64,000 nucleotides of DNA from Hormiphora californensis (Eukaryota; Animalia; Ctenophora), in the NCBI GenBank assembly GCA_020137815.1, contig CM035355.1, positions 1 to 64,000 on the forward strand, read 5' to 3'. The translations under genes and the position numbers were made by a program. Below, in pieces: positions 13,104 through 23,335 of this stretch; the stretch's first letter is position 1, and each line of letters opens with the position of its first letter. Under the pieces are notes generated by a model, which saw only the letters and a list, made by a program, of their open reading frames with translations, had not been told where the DNA came from and made no database searches.

Positions 13104-13843
13104 TTAACCGGTTGGGCTTCTTCTCACCTGCCCGTTATTATTCCTCAGTCTTCACCCCTCTTATCCCCTTCAGCCCTCTTATCCCCCTCGGCCCTCTTAA
13201 TCCCCTCGGCCCCTATTGAATCATATTGTCCCCTATTCACTCCATCGCACCCTCTATTCACTCATTAGAAAGATAACCTCAACCTCTATCCAAAGAACTA
13301 TTATCCCCCAAATTTATAAAAGCTTTACACACGCACGTGCACTCCCCAAACCCCCCACCAACCACCCCTAACAACACTTCAATTTTGCACGTGCGAGCCC
13401 TAAAAACCCCCTCCCCAAATTTTGTCTTGCACTGTTCTCTGCTTTATAATATAGACTAGAGAGCCCGGCCCAGGCAAAATAACAAAAAACTCTCACACCC
13501 TATTGAATACTCTCAATCCCGATCCTTGGCTCATGCCTACTTTGCTCCCTACGGCGCCGCTTTGCGGCACCTCCGGTCGCGAGATCATACTCCACACCCC
13601 CTTCCCCCTGTTGACTCCCCACAGTCCTCAGTCCTCATCCCTCTTATCCCTATTGACTCCCCTCGGCCCCTATTGAATCATATCGTCCCCTATTCACTCC
13701 ATCTCACCCTCTATTCACTCCCCTATAACGCCATAATGAACACTCCCCTCACCCCTCTCTGAATCTGTGGTCTGAAGCAGTTCAGAACCCCACATTTTCC
13801 TTCATTTTTCACCATTTTCGCGATAACTCAGTCAATTCTCAGC

Positions 13844-13943
13844 TTGGTGATGCCATCACCTCTCTGCTTACAACTCAGCCCGCTTCGCGGGCTTCGTTTT
13901 CGCGCGCTACGCGCGCGAGTTGTAAGGGTGACTGCGTCACCAA
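13844..13943. mobile_element. 100-bp hairpin-ended element (family T) with 9-bp TSD
   Basis: TSD ATTCTCAGC at 13835-13843 and 13944-13952, inside a Helitron E unit; sibling units lack the insert. Ends TT-GGTGATgccATCACC and GGTGACtgcGTCACC-AA. Confidence 0.8.
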
Positions 13944-16039
13944 ATTCTCAGCCAATTTCCAAAAACTTGGGCTCATTAGAAAGATAATCTCAAGCTCTTT
14001 CAAATCAGCTATTATTCCCCAACATTAGAAAACCTTTACACACGCATGTGCACGCCCCAAACCCCCCACCAACCATCCCTAACAACACGCCAATTTTCCA
14101 CGTGCAAACCCTAAAAACCCCCTCCCCCAAATTTTGTCTTGCACTGTTCTCTGCTTTATAATATAGACTAGAGAGCCCAGGCAAAAGAAGATAAAACTCT
14201 CACACCCTATTGACTCCTCTCAATCCCGATCCCTGGCTCATGCCTACTTTGCTCCCTACGGCGCCGCTTCGCGGCACCTCCGGTCGCGAGATCATAATCC
14301 ACGCCCCCTGTTGACTCCCATCAGTCCTCACCCCAGACCCCTCTTATCCCTATTCACTATTGACTCCCCTCGGCCCCTTTTGAATCATATCGTCCCCTAT
14401 TCACTCCATCTCACTCCTATCAAATCCTCTCAATATCTACTGAATGCTCTCACCCCACTATTGAATACTCATTCCTCAACACCCTCCCTCCCCCCGCCCT
14501 CGAGCTATGTTGACCAACTCACCCCATGCCATAACCCCCTTACAGCCAGTTGGAGTCCTACATCCCCCCGCCGTCTCTATACCTCTCTCTCTCCCCCTCT
14601 CTTTCCTTGTCCCCTCTCCAATGGATAGTCTCCATCTATCCCCCTATCTCTATCCCTCTCACCCCGTCATTCCCTACCCCCTCTCTCTTTCTCTCTCTCT
14701 CTCTCCCTCTCTCTCTCTATCTCGTCGTCTATTCATATCGGGCTGGTGAATATGGAAGCTGGTACAGGGAAGTCTTTAGAGTACTGCAGCTGAAGAACAT
14801 GCCGAATCAGGTGATAAAGATCCGTAGAACTAGAGCAGTGTAGAGTTATTAAAGGGGATACGTTGGTAGAAAGGCTTTGGCATTCATCGGGGCCGCAGCA
14901 GTAGATGGCCAAACACCACAAAACACCACAGAAACACGCAATACAACACCCAACAACATTCACGTGCAGTATAATTAACACTCTTGCCCACCATCATGGC
15001 AACTCCCCAAACCCCACCAACTACCCCTAACAACACGTCAATTTTGCACGTGCGAGCCCTAAAAACCCCTCCTCCCCCAAATTTTGTCTTGCAACCATCT
15101 CTGCTTTATAATATAGACTAGTATAGAGAGCCCAGGCAAAAGACCAAAAAACTATCACACCCTATTGACTCCTCTCAATCCCAATCCCAGGCTCATGCCT
15201 ACTTTGCTCCCTACGGCGCCGCTTCGCGGCACCTCCGGTCGCGAGATCATACTCCACGCCCCCTTCCCCCTGTTGACTCCCCTCAGTCCTCACCACTCTT
15301 ATCCCTATTGACTCCCCTCGGCCCCTATTGAAACATATCCCCTATTCACTCCATCTCACCCTCTATTCACTCCCCTATAACGCCATAATGAGCACTCCCC
15401 TCACCCCTCTCTCAATCTGTGATCTGAAGCAGTCCAGAACCCAAAATTCCCCCATTACTCAGTCATTTCTCAACCAATTTCGAAAATTCCAAGGCTCATT
15501 AGAAAGATAATCTCAAGCTCTTTCCAATGAGCTATCTTCCCCCAAGATTAGAAAACCTTTACACACGCACGTGCACTCTCCAAGCCCCACCAAACACCCC
15601 TAACAACACGTCAATTTTCCACGTGCAAGCCCCAAAAAACCCCAAAAAACCAATTGTCTTGCAAGCATCTCTGCTTTATAATATAGATTTCAGTTTTTGG
15701 GTGAACAGTTGAAAAAAATGGACTTTACCCCAAGTTTAAAAAATAGTTTATTACACCATGATGAAAACAGTTTGTGATAAATTAACACCTGTTCAGAGGT
15801 CGATTCGAGGCTCCAAACAGATGTAACAAAAACTGGAACAATTGGGAGGGGTCGATGTAGTTATCAGTCTGTTTCTGTCTCTGTTTTTCCCTCTGTCTCT
15901 GTTTCTCCCTCTGTCTCTGCCTCCGTTTCTCCCTCTGTCTCTGTCTCTGCCTCTGTTTCTCCCGCTGTCTCTCTGTCTCCGATTCTCCCTCTGTTTCTCC
16001 CTCTGTCTCTGTCTCTGAAACATCAGACAGAGAGAGAGA

Positions 16040-16958
16040 TAGTAGAGGCAATAATTACACTCACCTCCTCTGATTTCTATGAAACTTCTCCCATGCTAAG
16101 AGGTGGCAATAGAGGTTCAAATACCGCTGAGTTTAAGTCTGAACAATGTTCGGTTCGTTAATTATCGCTAATTGAAAAACGCCAAAATGGCCTAAAATCG
16201 CCCTAAGTTCCGAATTGAAATTTTTGAGTTGAGACTCCAGACTTCGTGGAGATGTCCGCTAGGATGACAATATGCACCAAAATCGGACGGAAGCCTAAAC
16301 TCGTACGAATTCGGTACGAAAAGCCGGGTAGCCTGAATTTTGGTCACGTGACATGGGTCCAAAATCAGTTGTTTGCCATTTACGCCTTTCCTGTACGTCG
16401 GAGACTAAAAATATGGCCAGTACTTGTCATTTCCATCGCTTTCTGCATCTTTTAAGCCCCCTATAAACATCCCTTACTTCAACGGTTCAGAAGTGACGTC
16501 ATTTAGTCTCCTGAAAAACTCTAACTACTGTTTATAGGGGGCTTAAAAGATGCAGAAAGCGATGGAAATGACAAGTACTGGCCATATTTTTAGTCTCCGA
16601 CGTACAGGAAAGGCGTAAATGGCAAAAAACTGATTTTGGACCCATGTCACGTGACCAAAATTCAGTCTACCCGGCTTTTCGTACCGAATTCGTACGAATT
16701 TAGGCTTCCGTCCGATTTTGGTGCATATTGTCATCCTAGCGGACATCTCCACGAAGTCTGGAGTCTCAACTCCAAAATTTCAATTCGGAACTTAGGGCGA
16801 TTTTAGGCCATTTTGGCGTTTTTCAATTAGCGATAATTAACGAACCGAACATTGTTCAGACTTAAACTCAGCGGTATTTGAACCTCTATTGCCACCCCTT
16901 AGCATAGGAGAAGTTTCATAGAAATCAGAGGAGGTGAGTGTAATTATTGCCTCTACTA
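16040..16958. mobile_element. Foldback MITE N (3-bp TSD AGA; termini related to family X)
   Basis: TAGTAGAGGCAATAATTACAC...GTGTAATTATTGCCTCTACTA with ~430-bp arms. It sits in a CT/GA-rich inverted simple-repeat region (15870-17060). Confidence 0.85.
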
Positions 16959-17059
16959 AGAGACAGAGGGAGAAACAGAGACAGAGGGAGAAACAGAGGT
17001 AGAGACAAAGGGAGACTAGAAGCAGAGACAGAGACGGAGGGAGAGACAGAGCCAGAAGG

Positions 17060-17122
17060 AGAGATGTGAACCGATACACAGTACTGCTCACTGAGCAGTA
17101 CTGTGTATCGGTTCACATCTCT
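17060..17122. repeat. Perfect 31-bp-arm hairpin with 1-nt loop
   Basis: AGAGATGTGAACCGATACACAGTACTGCTCA c TGAGCAGTACTGTGTATCGGTTCACATCTCT. Confidence 0.9.
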
Positions 17123-17453
17123 TTCTAGGGTCCCTAAAAGGGTCCTTTAACTTTCTAGGGTCCTTAAAAGGGTCCCTTAAAGGGACCCTTAACCGGTTGG
17201 GCTTCTTCTCACCTGCCCGTTATTCTAAGTACCGATTTGCCCCATACATGGGCCACTTTGCCCCGTGGACCAAAGTGCCCCAGTTTACCCTAGATTTCTT
17301 TCACCTTTTGTGCCAAAAACAAGTGATACATACGTTGCAAACAGATTAGACGTCACCAACCGTATTTTCTTAGGATGTGAGGGGACCTACCTGGTACATT
17401 TTTCTGAAAATATACCTACAACTAAACAATCTCTGGTGGCGGCTTTTAAACAG

Positions 17454-17518
17454 GTTTCTGGCTTCATGAACTATCTGCTAAGTAACAAGGCGCTCTCTCA
17501 GAATGAACACGTGTACAG
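17454..17518 (+). CDS. SNX25: Internal exon of a sorting nexin (end of PX domain)
   Basis: TTTTAAACAG acceptor (alternative TTTTCTTAG at 17373). Translates VSGFMNYLLSNKALSQNEHVY-R, resembling the last PX helices of SNX13/14/25. Donor AG|GTAATT is phase 2 and matches the single G starting the exon at 28240, giving ...HVYRFFNSIP. Confidence 0.65.
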
Positions 17519-17789
17519 GTAATTCAGCCCTGAGAATGTAATTTTAGGATGTCAAAAACGTGTTTTCAGGATATGCTCAGGACGTTTTTAAAACGGCTGT
17601 AGCAAAAATACTAATTCGACTTTAGGGCTAAAAATGTGCATATTTGAGGTCCCCTTGGTATGCCCGACAACCCTACGGTGAGAGATTGCCCTGCACTCGA
17701 AAAATTTTTCGGTCGGTGTACCCTTCAAGTGAGAGTGGACAGAATCAGAATTGAACAAGTTTGTTGGAGGTTGTAAAGATTAGTTATAC

Positions 17790-17869
17790 TAGCAAACCCG
17801 TTCGCCCTACGGGCGAATTTCGGTGAAATGGTAGGTGATTTATAGGGAACACTGAAATATGATCCCTCG

Positions 17870-17934
<65 letters not shown>

Positions 17935-18085
17935 CCGTCTATGTATGTGATTTGACCCCTCACGTTCTCAAGCACTTCAGATACGTGATACCTACGAATC
18001 ACGTCGTCATACTGACGGATCACCTTGACGGATCACGTCGTGACACTGACGATAGGGTGTCACATTTCCAGTCAAATTTGCATTA
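17790..18085 (-). mobile_element. Helitron family H, 3' fragment
   Basis: Reverse complement of the TTCGCCCGTAnGGCGAACGGGTTT..CTAG 3' end seen at 27363-27391. Contains a (CT)n tract. Confidence 0.6.
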
Positions 18086-18091
18086 GTTATA

Positions 18092-18247
18092 CAGTTGGAC
18101 CCCGATTTAGGGACACCCTCGGGGGAAAGGCTCTTGTCCACTAAATCGGGGTGTCCACTAAATCGGGGTCAAATAAGGTTAATTTCCTATATCGGGGGAA
18201 AAAATCCTGTCCCTAAATCGGGGTGCCACTAAATCGGGGTCCGACTG
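18092..18247. mobile_element. MITE K (TA TSD, CAGT..ACTG, Tc1/pogo-like)
   Basis: TA|CAGTTGGACCCCGATTTA...TAAATCGGGGTCCGACTG|TA with internal TAAATCGGGG repeats. Second copy at 60933-61103. Confidence 0.82.
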
Positions 18248-18851
18248 TAGTTAGATGAGCATTTTGCCTTTTTTCCGCTCAAAATCGACCCATCCATCAC
18301 TGAGATATTTTTGTTACTCTCGGGAAATTCCTGTTTAATCAGTATGTATAAAACAGAATCGTCGTGTTTTACTAACTCATTCTGAATACATATAAGTAGT
18401 GAGGTTGACATGTCCATGCACAGAAGCAGAGCAATGTAAGTCAGCATCATACTACATATTATTAATTAGTTAGGGAGTATTAGTGAAAATCACGGGCAAA
18501 ATTTGTAGCAAGCTAATTTCTTCACCAACTGGCTCATATGGGTGTCTAGTATTACCAACAAAAAAAACCATGATGATCGGGATGCCAAATTAGTCGAAAA
18601 TGCGAAAAAAAAATGAGTTAATTGGCTTCCTTTCACCGCAAATTACGCTTAAACGGTAAGAGATAGGCCCTAAATTTTTCCACAACTCTTAGATTAAAAT
18701 TTTGTTCTGAACAAAATGGCACCAGTGAAAAGTCTCTAAACCATTGCTAAGTGGCTATAGCCGTGTAGTCAAAAAACGGTTATGTGCAAACCTAATTATC
18801 CAATTATCTAATTAACCAGATGAGATAGAGACTTAACCTACCCCCACTAAT

Positions 18852-19219
18852 GCGGTAAATGTTAACCAGATCTGAGAGAAAACGTACGTGCAAAACCACG
18901 TTTTTGTCCATAACTCAGTCATTTCTTGACCAATTTGCAAAATCTTGGGCGCGTTGGAAAGAGGACATTGGGCTCTTTCAAATGAGCCTAATAAAACTAA
19001 AATCGGTGCAAAATGCGCGGCGTCATGGCGCAGAATGCGCGTTTTCGCCATCACGCCGCGCATTTTGCGCCGATTTTTAGTTTAGTTAGGCTCATTTGAA
19101 AGAGCTCATTGTCCTCTTTCCAATGAGCCAAAGATTTTGCAAATTGGTCAAGAAATGGCTGAGTTATGGGCAAAATGTGCGAAATTCTCACAGATCTGGT
19201 TAACATTTACCGCCTACCC
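18852..19219. mobile_element. MITE family C
   Basis: GCGGTAAATGTTAACCAGATCTG...CAGATCTGGTTAACATTTACCGCCTACC. Second copy at 37146-37459 with TTTTGACC duplicated on both sides. Confidence 0.78.
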
Positions 19220-20736
19220 ATATTTTAGTGCCCTCAGATTTGTCTCTACTCCTTTCCTAAGTTGGTTCTCATTTTTTGTTCTAAGCTAGAAATACAAGGA
19301 TAATAGTATTAATTATGCACTGAACTGCTGTAGACATCACCCACTCACTTCATACACACACACAACAGGAGTTACCTCATATATCAGTACGGCAAATAAT
19401 ATCTTTAGCTTCTGTCAATTTATTTGATTTAGTACCATTATATCGTTGTCTATCTTGTTAATGTATCCTGGTACTCCCACAACCTCCCTGGAGCATCCTC
19501 AACCTGGTACAGCCTCCAGTCCGCCACCATCATCTTCACCTACTCCACCTTCTACTACACACCAGTCATTCTCCAATTCCTTACTCGACTCCTGTGGACC
19601 TGCTGCTGTCACTCTCTCCAAAACCTACTCCAAACTCCAATCCAAACTCGTCACCTACTCTTGCCACATTTCGTTCCTCAAATCATGTCGTGATCATCAC
19701 TTTGTTCCGAAAGGCCTTTGCCTAAACGGTCCTGTTAGCTCACCTCGTGCATCTGATATCATCAATAAAGCATCTGAACTACTCGTCACTGAACGTTTGA
19801 ACTTCTATCGCAAATCCTATTCATCCACTGAACGCAATGCCAACACCACTGCCCTCAAACTCACCCCATTGTTGTCCACACAGTTTCAATCCATTTTTCA
19901 GTCACTTACTGCTAAAAAATCCTGTTCCCTTCACCATTCTCTGATGACGTCTCACCAGAAGAAATTCGGTTACCTCCTCCGTTACTACAACTCCCCCTCC
20001 GCCAACCCCTACTCCCTACTTCGAGACTTCCACATCTCATCTCCCTCCATCTCTGGACCCCTACGTACTACTACTCCCACTACTCCCACTACTCCAGCTC
20101 TGGATACCTCTAAAACCGTTATTAACCTATCATCTACTACTCTCTCTCCATCTGAGACGGAAGTCCTATCTCTGGGCCTGAAATTCTCACCTACTACCAT
20201 CTCTGACCCTGTTGCCCGTATGGCTCCTGCTTTACAAGCTGCCCTCAACCTTCTCCCTTCTGGTATGGACTCTGCAGCCTCACACGAAGTTACTACTGTC
20301 CTCTCCTCCTACAAACCTACTAAACGGAACGACAACCTATCCTCCGAACAACGACTAGCCCTGAAATCCCTCCGTGATAAACGCGACACCCTCCGATTCC
20401 TTCCTGCTGATAAAGGGAATGCAACTGTACATGTAGTCCTTGATGAACAACAGTACCTAGATAAAGTCTACCAACACATTGACGCCGCCAACGCCTATGA
20501 AGTCCTTCCCTCCGACCCTACCTCCTCTATCTCTGGAAAACTAGACAGGACCCTGAAGAAGCTAGTTGCAGAGGGGTCCTTGTCTGATAAACTACGCTCC
20601 TGTATGCGACTGACCAACCCACGATATCCTCAACTCTACGGCCAACCAAAAATCCACAAACCTGGCGCACCCATCCGACCGATAGTTGCCTTCTACAACA
20701 GCCCTCTCTCTGCCCTCCATAAAACCCTCTCCAACA

Positions 20737-21327
20737 ATTAAAGAGAAACAACGATTTTGCAGTACTAATATTCAATTAAGAACAGGAGCTTTCGACTGAT
20801 CTATGTCAGACGTCTTCAGCTATAACAACAATGAAAATGAAAGTGTTTATGTAGTGGAGAAGAGGATATGGGATCCGGGGAGGGGAGGAAAGGGGAAGGG
20901 ATGAGATCCGAGAAGGAAGATGCGATCCGAGAGGAGGGGATGGGGGAGGTGATCCACGGGAAGGGAGAAGAGGTGATCCGAGCTGAAGAGAATTAGGAAA
21001 CAGGTTTGGGAGATCTAGGTTTGATGGAGATGCCAGCAGGACGGGGTTTGAAGGAGTTAGCAATCCTGGGGAGAAGGTGAGTCCATTGGAGGTTGACAGT
21101 AGGAACTTTATCTGTTCGGTTAATCGCCGGTTGAAGAGTGTGAATAGCCGCTTGTTCCAGTAGATTTAGACTGAGGCAGGAGGAAGAAGAGGAGAGGATA
21201 GAGGTAGAATTCCAGTCCATGGTGTGTCCAGATTCCCGAGCGTGGATAGCAGGAGCAGATTTCATCTTCCCATCGGTGTTGTAGAGAGAGTTGTTGTAGA
21301 AGTTTGATTCGTGTTCCTTAATCCGAG
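20737..21327 (-). mobile_element. 5'-truncated Penelope fragment of a sister family, inserted antisense into the first Penelope
   Basis: TRIKEH..KSAPAIHA..H..DW..T.IL..LLEQAAI parallels the C-terminus at 22031-22747. 9-bp TSD TCTCCAACA at 20728-20736 and 21328-21336. Confidence 0.88.
20782..20823 (-). ncRNA. Candidate minimal type-I hammerhead ribozyme in Penelope terminal region
   Basis: AUAG-CUGAAGA-c-stem II-GAAA-GC-UC-CUGU on the minus strand. Equivalent core at 22878-22918 (+). Penelope-like elements are known to carry minimal hammerheads. Confidence 0.5.
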
Positions 21328-23335
21328 TCTCCAACATCCTCAAACCTTTAACCTCTTCCTCCATCCGTCTCAAGGATTCTAACGCCTTTGTCTAACATCT
21401 TGCTACTACCAACACCCCCTCCTACCCCTACTATTTCTCTTTGGAGTGGTATCCCTCTACACCAACTGTGATATGCACACTGCCGTGGACACTGCCATCT
21501 CTCGCCTTGAGGAACAGCCTGACCTCCTACCTTCTCCTCTAAAACCTCAAACCTTGCGGACACTTCTCCTCTTCTGCCTTGATAATGCCTACTTTGAATT
21601 CGACGGGAAGTTCTACAAGCAGACCTCTGGTGGAATTATGGGATCACCCCTCACTGTAGCCCTAGCTTAAATCCGCACCTCCCAACTGGAGCAACACGCC
21701 CTGGATACCTTCTCCGACCCCCTTCACTCTTACCGACACTTTGTAGACGATGGAATAGGAGCCGCCCGAGACGCCGATCACGCTACCGCCTTCCTAAACC
21801 ACATCAACTCCCTCTCTTCTGACCTCCAGTACACCATTGAACACCCCAAGGATGGCTACCTACCCTATCTTGATGTCCTCATCCACCCTGATCTTTCTAC
21901 GTCTATCTACAGGAAACCTACCCACACCAACCTCTACCTGAAATACAACTCCTCTACCCCAGCCTCCACTCGACGCTCCGTCATCCAGTCCCTCACCAGA
22001 CGTGCCTACACTCTCTGCTCTCCTCAACATGTGGAACAGGAACTCGACACCGTCTACTCTATCTGCCTGGCTAATGGATTCCCTCCCCACGAGACAACCA
22101 CCCTGATGGACTCTGTACGTGATAAACTACACAGGAAACCCACTATTGGTGACTTTGACCGTGAATGGAGAGACTCTCAACGCATCACCCACAGGATCTC
22201 CCTTCCGTATCATCCTGACCTGGCCAACCCACTGAAGAGGATCCTCAACCGCTACAACATCGCTGTATCCTTCTCTTCTTCTTCTACCTCCATTAGGAAC
22301 ACCCTCAGCCGTACCAAATCCTCTACTCCCTCTTCTTCAACGTGCAACGTTATCTACCGGGTTCCCTGTCTGGACTGTCCTGCTTCCTACATTGGCCAAA
22401 CCAAACGACCTGTTCTTACTCGCATCACAGAACACGAGCGCCATCACCGCCTTGATAACTCTACTGATTCCTATGGAAACATCAAATCCGCCCCTGCCCT
22501 ACATGCCCTAAAATCTTCACACACCATTGGCTGGAACAACACGGAAATCCTAACTACTGCTCCATCCTCTTCGCACTTGGATCTCCTAGAACACGCTGCC
22601 ATTACCATCCTCAAACCTGAACTCAACCGTACCCTCAAGGGACCCGCCATCAATCCTCAGTGGAACTCCGTCCTTCCTCGGATTACCTCTTCCTTCCGTC
22701 CTAGACCCAGCAACATCTCCAAGTTCGGATCACCTACCGCTTCCTAGCTGCTCTCCTCCCTGGATCACTTACCTCTCTCCCCTCCCTGGATCACCTCTCC
22801 TTCCTAACCACATCTCCTCCCTCTGGATCACCTATCTCTTCTACTCCCTTATAAGGACTACCACCCTCACTCTCATTAAGCTGAAGACGTGATACACAGT
22901 GATCTCGAAAGCTTCTGTCAATTTATTTGATTTAGTACCATTATATCGTTGTCTATCTTGTTAAAATATCTTTGTATCAGAATTCTCAGAATGAACAGTT
23001 GGGCTATAATAGCAGTTGATCACGTCATATTAATTGCTAGAAATACACGTGAAACTTTTTCGCGTGCTACGGAGCGTGTGCACTTCCGATCATCATGGAT
23101 TTTTTTGGTAATACTAGACACCCATATGAGCCAGTTAGTGAAGAAATTAGCTTGTTACAAATTTTGCCCAAGATTTGGCCCTTTTTTCATTAGTACTCCC
23201 TAACTATAAAGCAAATAGGGAAATCCCGTGTGACGTTTTTTACCATATACCGCCTGGCCCAACTTAAAGCGAGGGTACGTTGGCCTTCTTTTCACCCAGA
23301 AGTTTAATTTCAATCACTCTGATATTTTGACACAA

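Larger units (their letters stand above)
10589..15687 (-). mobile_element. Tandem array of non-autonomous Helitrons, family E (4 head-to-tail units, first one interrupted)
   Basis: On the minus strand each unit starts TCTATATTATAAAGC and ends CTAG, with a GCCGCGAAGCGGC hairpin near the 3' end. CTAG|TC junctions at 13455/6, 14167/8 and 15117/8. Flanked by A (10588) and T (15688). Confidence 0.8.
1231..15724. mobile_element. TIR element with TTA TSD inserted into X copy 1; contains all of 1260-15690
   Basis: TACTCCATTTTTTTCAACTGTTCACCC (1231) is the inverted repeat of GGGTGAACAGTTGAAAAAAATGGACT (~15699-15724). TTA at 1228-1230 and 15725-15727. Confidence 0.6.
85..15865. mobile_element. MITE family X copy 1 (PIF/Harbinger-like), expanded to ~15.8 kb by nested insertions
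   Basis: Left arm TAGTAAAGTCGATA..ATCGACCCCTCCCAATTG from 85. X sequence breaks at GGTTTTA (1230) and resumes TTACCCCAAG at 15725, ending GGGAGGGGTCGATGTAGTTATC. Both arms share the CCCCT variant absent from the intact copy at 25480-26270. Confidence 0.75.
19407..22964 (+). mobile_element. Penelope-like retroelement (RT + GIY-YIG endonuclease), full-length but disrupted
   Basis: 55-bp direct terminal repeats (19407-19461, 22910-22964) and TSD AATATCTTT. ORF from ATG 19461 with LSLGLKFSP, PADKGNATV, LYGQPKIHK..PIRPIV, MGSPL, FVDD, YRKPTHT and VIYRVPC..C...YIGQT. Stop/frameshift around 21390-21670. Confidence 0.92.
18467..23206. mobile_element. TIR element Y (~110-bp TIRs, probable TA TSD) carrying a B fragment, MITE C and Penelope
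   Basis: TAGTTAGGGAGTATTAGTGAAAA..CATATGGGTGTCTAGTATTACC is the inverted repeat of GGTAATACTAGACACCCATATG..TTCATTAGTACTCCCTAACTA. Confidence 0.7.

Noticed and set aside
11374-16752. Mirror-image ORF pairs (11374/12326 and 16246/16543)
   Set aside because: They arise from the inverted arms of foldback elements; no transposase motifs.
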